The position numbers were made by a program, and so were the translations under genes. The notes under the pieces were generated by a model. It was not told the origin of the DNA and ran no database searches. It saw only the letters and a list, made by a program, of their open reading frames with translations. This document shows, one piece after another, positions 1 to 27,257 of a DNA stretch of 64,000 nucleotides. Origin of the DNA: Lingula anatina (Eukaryota > Animalia > Brachiopoda); the NCBI GenBank assembly GCA_051362555.1, contig CM120642.1, forward strand, positions 32,240,001 to 32,304,000. Reading direction: 5' to 3'. Each line of letters starts with the position of its first letter. Positions within the stretch are counted from its first letter, which is position 1.

Positions 1-61
1 TTTGGTTTTAACAGTTACTGATATGTTGAATAATTACATCTTGATTTACTCTAATATCTAG

Positions 62-253
62 GTTCTTGCGGGTATTGGAATGAACATCATATGTCTTGGT
101 GTGGTGGCATTGGCCCTGAACACGTGGGGCACAGCGTGGTTTCAATTGGATGTGCTGCCGGCGTTCATGCAGAATGCGACAATTATCTCAACTACCACAA
201 TCTTACCAAACTCAACTGTGGCGCTTCCTTTGAATTGCACCTGTCCACCGTAA
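62..253 (+). CDS. Last coding exon of an SLC13-family (Na+/dicarboxylate-citrate-sulfate, INDY-like) transporter; the rest of the gene lies upstream of the window
   Basis: After the acceptor tatctag (AG 60-61) the frame reads VLAGIGMNIICLGVVALALNTWGTAWFQLDVLPAFMQNATIISTTTILPNSTVALPLNCTCPP* (TAA 251-253). This matches the SLC13 C-terminal pattern G..MN......A.NTWG...F.L...P, followed by N-glycosylation sequons. It is a different frame from the listed ORF 91..273. Confidence 0.8.
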   Translation, partial: VLAGIGMNIICLGVVALALNTWGTAWFQLDVLPAFMQNATIISTTTILPNSTVALPLNCTCPP

Positions 254-3200
254 ATGCTAGATGTGAGCTGTAGCAGCGCTTGTGTTTTATATTTAAATGG
301 AAGCAAATATTCATAAATTTTAATTGTTCAATATATCAGATTAAATTAGATTTTACAAACCCATCAGTCCACTAAACATCGACGGAATAATATTGGCAAT
401 TTAAGAAACTTGCAGATATTACATACCTTACAGAATGTATTAGTTTTATTAAAGCAACATTTTATTTCCAAAGCGATTCAACAACTAACCTAAAATAGGT
501 TGAAATGTGCATTTATCCTCCTTCCCTTTTTCTTTTATTTATATAGTCTTCATGCCAAATGAAACCTCTAAGTCTATTTATTTATCAAGATGTTTGTCGT
601 ATGTTTTGTCAGTGGGCAGGCAGGGTATCGATACTTTCGTTCAAGAAATATGTACTGTTATTATAAGAAAGGGGTTAGATATTACATTTTATATTACTGT
701 GATGCTTAGGCAAGTATAAATTAAGATTTGCTTTTTTGTATTATGAAATTGGAAATGATGATGATGTCAATGTCATCAAAATCTGTATGATATAAATAAC
801 GTCATGCGCTGGGAAGCAAAGAAAATTGCTTGGATTCCATATGAATGGCGTCTGGAGCTTCTTGCAATATATTATCCAAGATGACCTCCATTAGCAAGAC
901 CTCATTTTCTTCAAATAAAATTATCCCAGTGCCAAAGCAAGCCGTGTTATTTATGAAAAACATGTCTGAAAACAGTTGATTATACAGTAAATGAGAAAGC
1001 ATAGTTAAAAGCCTAGGTTGCTATGAAATTTTGCAACCAAAATCACTTCTCTATCCCTCCATAGTGACATTCTGCCGTCTTGGTCGACGCATACGTCTTC
1101 CAAGTCAAGGTTAGGGAAATGATAATTCAAATTTAGAACCAACGCCAATCATCAATTACAATGTGAAAGATAAACCCTACATCGTCCCAGAGGTTTTGTG
1201 GCCCTAACACAGGTCTAGTGTACCATCCCACCGTACCCCTTCCAACGGACTGGTGGCAAATATAAAACAAACGAAGGAAGTAAATTGATTACTTGGTATT
1301 TTATTCGCTCTGATTTATACAACCATTGAAACCATGATTGAATTCTCAGTCCAATTTGCATGCATGCTTAGTTTTTTTCAACTTGAAGATTTAACATTAG
1401 CAAACCTTTTGGACTAGGCTGCTATGTTGACTGTACAGAAACATTCAGCAAAGGAGAAAAAAAAAGCTGTAAAAAAACTTCCAAAGCCATCTCATCCATA
1501 AAATTTGTAAATTCGGTTTTAGTGTACAGATATTATTGTAATGGTATCCCGTGTAGTATAAACCATCATAGGAGTGGAACACAATAATCTTAACACACTG
1601 TAGTACCATGGGAAAGATAAGACATCAGAAATAACCTAACCAGGCATAAATTTTAACACGACCAGTTCACTGGCCCTACAGCACACTTCAGAGCAAAATA
1701 TATCTTATATCATAGTGTTTTAAATATAAATTATGCACAGCGACACAAATGATCTGGTGATGACAAGAGGTACAGCCACGACAATTTCTGCACACCCGTT
1801 CTGTTACCTGATCATGAGGTGCAAACACAGGACTTATTGAAGATATGCTTGGTTGTTTGATTCAGCTTCGTCACACAAGCTCCACCTGGAGAGCTACACA
1901 ATACTCCTCAGCTCCATTAAAAACTGACCTCAAAGAGACCCTTTGGCGATCAGTCTTGTTCCAACAAAAAATGGAGCTTTTATCCCTATAATTTACAAAA
2001 GTTCTGTACAAGTGATATCATTCAAATAGAACTTCTTCTCTGACCATTTAGCAGCTGGGTCAGTGTGTGACCCAAGTGATTAACAATTGCTATAATAACA
2101 ATAATGATAATGATAATAAATGATTGCAGTATAATACAAAAATTCTGTACAAATGTTATTTTCAACGTAACATAATACTGCTCATGCAACACATGAGGTG
2201 ATGAGCAACTGCATTATTTTGTTTGAAGATTTTTAAGTCAGTTTTATGTGTCCTGGAAAAAATACAATGGAATCAGCATAAACAGTTGCAACACAAGGCA
2301 ACTGAAACAGAAGAGCTTTCTCACTCTCTCTCTAAAATTCTACGTGCCGTACAAAGGTCAAAATATATGATATGCGCCATGGCTCACATACAGTGAAGAT
2401 GGCTGAATGGAAAATCATTCAATAATTTTCTCCTGTATTTGTCATAATAATAATAATATTAATATTACCTTATTCTAAAAACTTTTCAAACAAACTTGTT
2501 TATTGTCCTTGCCAGCAGTGCTGTTGCTTAAACCATTACTGCTGTAGAATTTTCCTGTGGCAACCTATGTCAAAACGTACAACTGCCGCACCATGCTACC
2601 TTCATAATAGTCAAAGAGAGCCACTGTTTAACATGATAATACTCTCCACAAAGATCAGAGGACATCTTAATTAATAATTACAGCAACCGACATCCTCTTC
2701 ATTTGTCTTTATTGTACTTTAAAAATTAAAATTGCATAAAGCACAATTTCGAAACAGTTCCAGGATCCAGGTAATAGTGATAAGTTAATCCTAATTTTGC
2801 CACATTTTTAGTCAATTGTTTTATTTGGTGTTTCACTCCTAAAAATATGTAACTAATTGCATTCCTTATCATATATAATTATTGCTCAAAAAGTAGACAC
2901 ACAAATAAGTCCTCTGGTACAGTTTTGAACTATTTTTCTAGACAAGTGTTTTAGGCTTCATTAACTCATGGGGTTCAAAATACACAATCTGCATGTATTG
3001 ATCACTTTATAAAATAAAATTTAAATAACCAAATAATTAACAATTAAATACATTGAAATATCTAACAGTTTCCAAAACAGAACTCCAAATTGATTGCTTC
3101 AGGAAGTATATTGAATAAGATGAAAACTAGATTGAATAAATTGGAATTGAGGCTACAGAACTTTTGGTAAAAAGAAAGCTACTGGGTTGTATGATACAGA

Positions 3201-4654
3201 TCATGGGTTGTGAACCCCAGTTGCTAAGAAGCTTGTATTTAAACTTTATTCATATGCTTAGCATGCACACCAAATACATAAACAACATACACAAACATTC
3301 GGGCAAGGCAAATGAACTGGCAGAAACAATCCCAGGTCTTGAACACAGTTCAAGAAATTATGCAATTAATTTGAGAAAGCAGAGCTAAAAAGATTAAGAA
3401 ACATCTACTATCTAAGGTAATGCTTAGAGCATAATAAGAATAAGAATCAGTATTCTATTTAACCTAACCCGAGGCAGCAGACCTTCTGATGCTGTAACCA
3501 GGGAAGTTGTCCCTTCTTCATTGGATCTGATACAAGAGCAAAGTATATAACAGCAAGACAATCTTGAAATTCAATCTCCATCACATGAAATTTTCTGAAA
3601 AAGTTTGCTCTATATTCCAGAATTCCTTCATTTTTCCTCCATTCACAAGCTTTGCCCTAATGGTCTGCCCCGCTCTGGCTAGCTACAGGCCAATGTTGTC
3701 GATCAGAACCTGTCACTTATCTACCTCCCGTTGCTACTTCCGAGTCACAGCCCTTATAAAACTTGTTCTTAATATAACCACATCATATTCATGTCCACAA
3801 AGTTCACAGCTATTAAATATAAGAGGTTGGTGACTGGCCTTCAAAGGGTTTCTTGGGTACAGTTGTGGCCACATCCAATTAGCTTAAGAAGAGGTTGATC
3901 CTTCATGCCACAAATTGACAGTAGAAATTACCCTTCAAACTACAAATAATACATCCAGTCATGTACTGTTCCTGACAGTGAAAATGACTGCACTCTTCAC
4001 ATACTAGCATGAAAGTCTTACTCCCTGTTCCCCATTGTTCAGACTATTTTAACTTCTCATTTCGTCTGCCCTCAACTTCAGAAAAACCTTTGCATATCAG
4101 TCCAAATATCATCCAGCAGTTTTAAAGGGAGAAACATGCGTCAAAGTCAAACATGGACGATTCATGGAAACATCAGATCTTCAATGCATGTCACTTGGCC
4201 ACCACCTCTGTAATCTAGAACTGGACGGTAAAGACAGCTCAGTTAACAAAATAACATCCTACTCCCAAGGGGAACAGCCAGTTGAAATTCCGCCTCCCAA
4301 AAGGAGTCCATAGAATGGATCCCCATGGTACTGGTTATGACAAACTTGCTCGCAAACTCACGGTGAAGTATGAAGACGTGAAAACACAAGCTAAAAACGG
4401 TAAATAACCACCATTTGATGAGCTGCACCTTCCAAGGTCTGTTTTATTCCTTTCCATGTGTAAGGATCTGTGACACTGGTGCGATATATCTGTGTGACCC
4501 AGAGCTGCTCAGTTCAGCAAACAAGTCCACATAACCCACGTACTATGCCTTCCTACTCAAGGTCATTGGTTAGGTCAAGGTCATAGACACTGAGGCTCGT
4601 GGCAAATGGTTCAACATTCTTGAGGTTACATGCAAAGGTTTCAACCAACCACTG

Positions 4655-19304
<14,650 letters not shown>

Positions 19305-19524
19305 TTTGGAAGTAGTGCTTCCAAGTCAAAACACCACCCAAATTTGGTGTCTGGCCACGCCTTGTAGCGTGGGAGTCTGTCCTTAATCCTTCAGATGTGA
19401 TCGACGCCTGTGTGAATTGTAATGAATCAAGACTCCGTCTACTCATCTACACCCGAAAAGACGAGTATTTTGACTTCATACATTCACATAACTTTATCGG
19501 TGGAGATACCGTCCCTGAATTTAC

Positions 19525-19620
19525 AGATCCTGAGGTCACGTGAGAGGTCAAATTCAGCCAATGAAAATATACTTAGTAAACCTTTGAAAACTTTAAAAGG
19601 TAGGTTCTCATTGGATCAAT
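19525..19620 (-). promoter_or_regulatory. Putative PKN proximal promoter
   Basis: About 230-310 bp upstream of the PKN ATG: E-box GTCACGTGA (~19535) flanked by AGGTCA half-sites, and CCAAT boxes in both orientations (agccaatg ~19557, attgg ~19611). Confidence 0.4.
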
Positions 19621-21139
19621 TAAATAGTTGTGATAGTTAAGATACGGCGAAAAAAGAACCTGCAAATAAGTATCTGACCGAACAACTTTACTGCAGATTT
19701 GATAATTATGGACCAGATACATTTCTGTTGTAAAAAACAGCTAGATTGTGTCTATTCAAATTAGATCAAGTAGTGTTGCATTGTGGGACATATGGATTTG
19801 CGTTCATTGAACTATGGGCATATAGGCCTACACACAGCCTTAAGTGAAAAGTCATGAAACCTTGGGTTAGTCGGTGGATTAGTCACTATTATCACAACTT
19901 TGGATAAAAATGAGTGCAACTTTTTAAAGTGCATACATACACAAATAATTCATCTCCTCTGTAGGTAGAACAGCAAAATCTTTTGTGAGCAATTGGCCTG
20001 CTTGGCCTTGTAGGCCTACAGAGATAGTCTGGCTGCAAAACTTTGGATAATGACATTGTATCTCCAATTCTAACAAAAGTCGTTCATAAAGACATTTTAA
20101 TGTAAGATTAATGGATAAGACAATGTGTCCAATACAAAATGCATGCCATATTATCCTAACATTGGGGTCTAAATTGAATAAGCGAGGATCCGAACTGTCG
20201 CTTTAAAACATCAAACAACATATCTCTAACCTAAAAGTTCATTTTCGGAAAAATCCCTGAGAAAGTACCAGTTGCGCTTGCTAACTTCTTTATTGTATTT
20301 TTTTAATCACACCTTTCTCTTATGATCGGGTAAAAAAAGAAGAAGCTGTCGCGCGCATTGAACCTGACGCTCAGGGTAGCCTTTACCCCTCCGTAGAGGA
20401 GGTCTGTAGGCCTAGGCTACCTTGTTTTAAAGAGTAGCCTATTTAAAACCGTGCTTACGACGTATCTACCTTTGACTAGCCTATGTAATGGTTTACATCA
20501 TGACAAAAACCAGTTTAGCTGAGGTGAGGGCATACGTCATGCATGATAAGGCCTATACTCTGCTGGCTGCTAATGGGAGCGCTTCATGGCATAGGTCTGA
20601 GAGTGTTTTTTATTTACTTTTGAACGTCACGATTTTTCAATAAACAATTAGAGCGTAATTTAAATGCTGTAACATGTACCAGTAACATTAAATTTATCAA
20701 TAACAATCTAAATTCGAACTGAAAAATAATAATTAATAATTTTAAAACTCGCCTTCATCTCTTTAATTAACGAACAGTAAAGATCAGAAAAATTGGTAAC
20801 GCAAAACCATTGGCAGATTAATTATTATTATTACAATAATGATAATAATTGTTATCAATAGTGTGTGTGTGTACGTGCGTGTGTGTGTGTGTTTGGCCTA
20901 ATATTCCCCTTGCGTGCCAAATAGGCCTACAAGCCCTATATATTTATGATATTTGAAAGCGTGCGTAGGCCTACATGGCGTGAACCTTTTTGTTTCACAT
21001 AGGCCTAAGTAGTAATATATTTTGTTTTAAAACTAATCGCTGACTATAATTATTAGAGATCTCAGTTACTTCTTGTAGGACTCTCAGCCAAACTAGGACC
21101 CAGCTAGTATATACAGAATATAGACCTGCTGTGTCCTAG

Positions 21140-21365
21140 ACCCCATTTCCATAGATTTTAGATCGATCTATCCTTGTGGGGAGTCTCACTAGATAACTGT
21201 CAGCTTAGCCGGCTTAAGCGTCTGCCCCGCCTACTGAAAGCTGTAAGGGGGTAATTAACTATGGTGCGCGCTCGGCTGACTGCAATTTAGCGTGAACCCC
21301 CAGGGAGTTAGGTCGATCTAAATCTTAATCCATGGATCGATCTAAATCTCTGGGAATACACCCTT
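21140..21365. mobile_element. Degenerate palindromic MITE in the PKN-HMCES intergenic region
   Basis: Left end atttccatagattttagatcgatc matches the reverse complement of the right end attcccagagatttagatcgatc. Internal inverted symmetry continues (tcagc/gctga), and the gatctaaatct motif is duplicated on the right. Confidence 0.55.
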
Positions 21366-21946
21366 AGATCCAAATCGGTGAGGGTTGGGGGTCGGCTAGG
21401 GCTTAGGCTACACCTTTTGAGAAGGCAAAACGCAAGCCCGTTTCACACTTTTGTGTAGCCCATCAAACAGTGAACAGTTCCTTATTAATTTTTTCCACCG
21501 TGTAGCCATAAACTCAAAACAAAATACAAATATTTAAAAAATATTATAGGCCTAAATTTGACTTTTTGATCTAGCGTACACGTCCAGGCCTTTTAATAAG
21601 TCATAATGACACATCTATTTATTTATACATGTTTAACGATCACATCAGCTAGGCCTAAATCAGGCTAAATCTGAGTTTCTCTCTCTCTCTCTTAATATTT
21701 TTTCAGGGTGGGTGCGTGGAGGTGCCAATTTAAGTACACAGTGTGGTATAAAAACAACAACAGTTTTTTTTCTGGGATTAATACTAAAAAATCCAGAACA
21801 GACTAGCCTACATTGTTTAAATAATGCAGAAAAAATCTTCTGATTTCCCTACAATTTATGGTCAGTGGCGCTTGTTGACATTCTATCAATATTGACTGGT
21901 CAAACGTTCATAAAACGGGGCTTTTTTTCCCCTTTTTAGTCAGTTA

Positions 21947-22091
21947 GACTATCGGGAATAACACCACTACCCCAAACTAAACAGCAAGGCATTTTTATTT
22001 AAAAATATGGCACAAAAGTGCAAGGAAATGTTGTTGTCCAAAATTCCAGGCGCAATTTGTTTTGACTTTAAGTTAAGATTTCCCGACAGTC
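21947..22091. mobile_element. Possible tiny MITE remnant
   Basis: Inverted ends gactatcgggaa / ttcccgacagtc (one mismatch in 12). No clear target-site duplication. Confidence 0.3.
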
Positions 22092-22199
22092 GTAGGCAGA
22101 GAATGCAATAGTCACTACACATGTTCAGATCCATGCTTAGTAATGCAACCTGACAAACTCAGGCAGGCCTGCGCTGCCTGGGCAGGCTTCACGATCCTT

Positions 22200-22334
22200 G
22201 CATCTGATTGGTTGTTTTCTTGACCTCAATGACCCGAATGTCGTTTCCGGTGAGGGTACAGAAAGTGTATATATTTGGCTGAGCTAGAGTAACCTTCAAA
22301 TCCCTCCATTTTTTTTTGCAGACAGCTGGTTATC
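22200..22334 (+). promoter_or_regulatory. Putative HMCES promoter and 5' UTR with a small intron
   Basis: Reverse CCAAT (ctgattggtt ~22204) and ETS-like TTTCCGG (~22244). Possible donor cg|gtgagg at ~22250 and a strong acceptor ttttttttgcag ending at 22321, just before the ATG at 22335. Confidence 0.4.
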
Positions 22335-25300
22335 ATGTGTGGGAGAACGGCCTGGTAAGTGAACCATCATCTAAAAATGCAAAGGTTTTGTTCTGCAACC
22401 AAATGTTTCGTTACTAACAGGTCAAAATAGTACCGATTGTCACTATTTTCGATTAGTGGAAACCCCGTTTTGTCTTATTTTATCTAAATGAATCCAAACA
22501 ATTCAAAGTAATATGAGAGACGTAAATCTTGTTTCTAATAAAAGCAAAACTAAAAACATGATTGTTTCGAATATTACTGGCATCTCTATGTCGAGTGTAC
22601 ACAGCTAGCTGTGAGTTTCAATAAACTGAAACTGAAACTAGACTGATCAAGGCATGTTTTCAGCCAGGGTCGCACACACACACACACACACACACACATG
22701 CACAGAGAGAGAGAGAGAGAGGGAGAGAGACACGCTCGGCTGTCACCTTGATTGGATAGTAAACGGTTGTCGTAAAATCGCTAAAAGATATTAAAACCCG
22801 GTGCATAAACTTGAAAACCACCTAGGACAACCTCAGACTGCCACATTAATCCAATACAATGCAAAAATAAACTATAACAAGTATTTAAAGCCTTCAAACC
22901 GAATGTCGTAAAGTCCCCATATACCTCCATAGAGACAATAAAATATAGTCAGCTTGTGAAACAAGATAAATCCAGTTCCAACATAATAATCGAAATAAAA
23001 TACTGCCGGGCATCGGAGCGGCCTAAAACTTGGCACGCTTACCGCTAATACTGCAGGCTACATCATCCCGTCGCTCGTTTGTAAATTCCGTGCATGGCAT
23101 ACGCACAATCAAACCGTATATCCAAATTCCATCTCTGATGTTTGAATTAGTCCTCTACGCTATTCAAATCAAGAAGTGACGTAACCGCAGAGGTCACCGT
23201 ACACCGGGCTTACGAAAAATAAGCCATGCCATTGGACAATGCGACCTCTGCGGTTACGTCATTTCCTGAATTGGATTGTAGAGAGGACTAATTCAAACAT
23301 CAGAGATGGAATTTGGATATACGGTTTGATTGTGCGTATGCCATGCACGGAATTTACAAACGAGCGACGGGATGATGTAGCATGCAGTATTAGCGGTAAG
23401 CGTGCCAAGTTTTAGGCCGCTCCGATGCCCGGCAGTATTTTATTTCGATTATTATGTTGGAACTGGATTTATCTTGTTTCACAAGCTGACTATATTTTAT
23501 TGTCTCTATGGAGGTATATGGGGACTTTACGACATTCGGTTTGAAGGCTTTAACCACTTGTTATAGTTTATTTTTGCATTGTATTGGATTAATGTGGCAG
23601 TCTGAGGTTGTCCTAGGTGGTTTTCAAGTTTATGCACCGGGTTTTAATATCTTTTAGCGATTTTACGACAACCGTTTACTATCCAATCAAGGTGACAGCC
23701 GAGCATGGAGAGAGAGTACAATTAATTGAATTTGTAGTTTAGAGAAGATTTATTTGACTTTTGAGGGCTTGTCTTTTATATGATTTAAACTTTTGTTTTA
23801 ACATTTAAATTCTGGTGATGAATTCTTGGCAATATCCATTCAAGCATTAAAATGTGACATTTCTGTTGTAGCACTTTAGCTCCAAAAGAAATATGCAGAA
23901 AATGTCAGTACACACAGAATGGAAAGAAAGTACAACCAAACTGGTGGCAGGACGAGGGGAAGTATCGACCATCATTTAACATGTCTCCAGGACAAAACAC
24001 GTATGCTTTCTTGATTCACAATTTAAAATACCAAATTTGACAGTTATTTTTATAAAGATTAAAACACACGCATCATATATATATTTGTTCATCAAAGAGA
24101 ATTCCACTGTTTGCAATGTTTGGATAGACAAATCTATGATTTCTAATTTGCACTGTAGTCAGTGGGTGAAATTCATTTTGTTCAGTGTACATGTAACTGT
24201 ATGTGTGCCAGCCTTGCTTTTTAGTTCCCAATTTGATTTCGTTATACTAAAAAAAGTAAATACTGTGGAATGTTTCTATACTTAATCTTAATCAAAACAG
24301 TGTTGAATATGTGTATGCAGTTAGAGTAAAACGTATGAATCTATACATGTATAACATGTGTACATATACTTAATAACCATATAACATTTAAATCTTACAG
24401 GCCCGTCTTAGTCTCTGCAAAGCATTTTGAAGAACCATCTGAATGTGAGCGAGTTATCCTGCCAATGCGTTGGGGATTGGTACCCCGCTGGCACAAAGGA
24501 GATCCAAATAAAGTAGAATATAAAATGAACAACTGCAGAAGTGACAGTATGCTACAGAAAGCTTCCTTCAAGGTGCCCCTACAGAGAGGTGGGAGATGTG
24601 TGGTCTTAGCAGATGGGTAAGGATCTTCTCAGGGTTGTTTTATACCTCAAAATAGTTTTTTTTTTTTTTTTTTTTTTGAAGATGATCTTTTCTTAAATAT
24701 AAATTGGTTTAAGTTGAATATGTTTTTGTCATGGTTTGGTCAATGCTAACAAGTTTAATGACATTTGAGATTAAAAAATCATTTGTGGTTATCAGATTTT
24801 GAAAGTCTCTTAAAATGTCCAATAAATAAATAAATAAATAAAAGAAAAGAAAAGAAAAACTAAAATAACTTTTACAGAGGAAAATTTATATTTTAATTCA
24901 TGCCTCTGAAATTTTTGTTGCAGGTAAAAATTTCTGTGTGTAGATATACTTCTTGGGAGAAATTATTTTCCTAAAGATTGGGTTATAAGATCAAATGTTT
25001 ATACTGGTTTGTTTTAGGTATTATGAATGGAATACAACTGAAGATGGCAAAAAGCAACCTTATTTTATATATTTCCCAAAAGATGCAACATCAGATACTG
25101 AAGAACTCAGTGTTTCAGTGAAAAGTGAAAAGGAAGAGGAAAAGAAAACAGGTGAAAATAGTAGAAGATAGCCAAGAACTGAAAATAATGGAATCATAGA
25201 TATTACCATTGTATTACTAAATATCTACATGACCACAAGTCTTCAAAAACAACAACTTAAATGCCTGGTAATGTAATAAATGAGATTTTCACATATAAGT

Positions 25301-27257
25301 TTTTTAAAAAAAGTCAGAATTCACAATTTTACACTCCCCCTGATTTAGTGCACATGAACATGCATCAATTACTTTATAAATTTTCGTAGTCTAATTTTTG
25401 TCACCAGGTTCTTTATGTACTTCACTTACATATTTTAGATGAGTGTGATAGAAGCAGGTTGCTCACCATGGCAGGTATCTTTGATACTTGGAAGGGATCT
25501 GATAACAAGGTGAGTCAGGTGGCTTCTCTGATTAACGTGTTCAAAAAGTTATGCTGTTTTTTGCTTTTTTCAGCACATTTTATCCACTATTATACAAATA
25601 AAATGGAAAAAAAATTACAAGGATGAATGACATGCTGCTCAAATTGGCGAACAAACTTGATTGGATTATTTTCTTTCTTGTCGTCTGTACATTTGACAGC
25701 TTTGCTGCTTTGTTTTGCAACAGTTTTTACAGTCTGAAAGACCTATACTTGGTACTGAGACATTGACTTTATTTCTAGGATGGAGAACCTTTATACACCT
25801 ACAGTGTTATCACTGTCGAGGCTTCCCCTTCCCTTTCCTGGCTCCACCACAGAATGCCAGTAAGTGATCAACACAGTATGCCTTTAGTAGCTCTGTTAAC
25901 ACTTGAGAAAACTGAATCCTGAAAGGGATAACTTTTCATATGAGATTTAAAATTCCTCAATAAATGTACATGGACCTACATAGATTGTTACCCTCTGTAA
26001 TTATCTGTTAAGAGATTCTTACCAAAAAAAAAAAAAAGATTTACTAACTTTGAATGTCTAAACAGATTCATTAACCATCATCCTTTACTACAGGAAGATA
26101 CATTTTATGACCCTTTTCCCACTAAACTGAAGGGTTGTTGTCTATTTAAGGTAAAGGTGATTTTCAGGACGCACAGTGGTGCCATTCATTTTATACAATT
26201 ATTCAAACACATTGATCTGGCACCACTTAATGTTCTTTGTTTAGGCCATACTGGAGACTGATGAAGATGTGAAACAGTGGTTGGACTTTGGGGAGGTGCC
26301 ATTGAAAGAGGTTTGTCAGGTGTCACATCATATTGTATGCATATCTAGGGCATATTGTTTGAATTGTAATAAAGACAGTAAATGTCAGTCGTGAAGCAAA
26401 AAATTAAATAATTAACACAGCTGTACAAATGTTGAACAAAATTTTTCAAGTCATGAAATGAGGTCACAAACAAACAAACAAAAACAATCAAACAAACAGT
26501 TGAGAGTAAATTGACCTTTTTTGTGATCAGAATTAAGTTATTTCTATGATGTAGAAGAAATTTCCTCAAAGGTGTGATTTATATTGTTTCAGGCAGTAAG
26601 TGTCATTCATCCAGCATCCTGTCTCCAGTATCACCCAGTGTCCACATTGGTTAATAATTCCAGAAACAACTCTCCAGAATGTGTGAAGGCTGTCGACCTC
26701 AAGTAGGTAGAATTTGGCATTTGTGGAAATGTGCTTCCAGCTTGAAATATTTTTTTGGGTATTGCAGCTTGCTTCAGAGAAAGTCACTTGGTTCATACCC
26801 AGGAGGCAACTTAGGCCTCTCAAAATATGTTTAATGTTTTTTTTTTTAATGAAAAAAATTTAGGGAGAAAATGTGTAATTCACAGATGACAGTGTGCATG
26901 GTTCACATTTCTATCATGTGAAAATATTAGACGTATTAAGTAAAATTCATTAATAGATTGTTAGATTATGTTTTAATCTTAAAAGATTAAATTATTATAT
27001 CTCTGATGATTATTTAATTTTATTTATAATTTAGCAAAAAAAAGACTTCTGCCAGTGCCAATATGATGCAGGCGTGGCTGGGGAAGGGAAAACTTCAAGA
27101 TTCTTCCAGTGCAGTATCTAGCAGTAAGAGAAAGTCCAGTGCAAATGTTAACTTGGCAAAGGGGGTATCCGCTGATAGCAGTAGTAACACGGTTAATAAA
27201 AGCGTGAATGATAAAGATGATGAACACGTTACAAAGAAGCCCAAGATTGAAAACTGA
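22335..27257 (+). CDS. HMCES: Abasic-site processing protein HMCES (SRAP domain), about 349 aa, 9 coding exons
   Basis: Exons 22335-22354, 23872-24000, 24401-24616, 25018-25151, 25439-25509, 25779-25859, 26245-26310, 26593-26702, 27035-27257. Translation gives MCGRTAC (catalytic Cys2), YRPSFNMSPG, MRWGLVP, NNCRSD, RCVVLADGYYEW, KQPYFI, LLTMAGIFD, YSVIT, WLHHRMPAIL, HPVSTLVNNSRNNSPEC and the PIP-like MMQAWL. Confidence 0.96.
22671..22730. repeat. Compound (CA)n(GA)n microsatellite
   Basis: Directly visible. The GA tract is the insertion site of the adjacent foldback element. Confidence 0.9.
22731..23707. mobile_element. Foldback/MITE element with about 465-bp inverted arms (CA...TG ends, apparent 8-bp TSD; hAT/P-like)
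   Basis: Arms 22731-23195 and 23243-23707 are near-exact reverse complements around a 47-bp spacer. GAGAGAGA flanks both sides (22723-22730, 23708-23715). No ORF. Confidence 0.9.

Noticed and set aside
91-273. Listed 60-aa ORF, and most other short ORFs in introns/UTRs or antisense to exons
   Set aside because: They are off-frame or antisense shadows of real exons, or chance ORFs in AT-rich DNA, often with non-ATG starts and no domain signatures.
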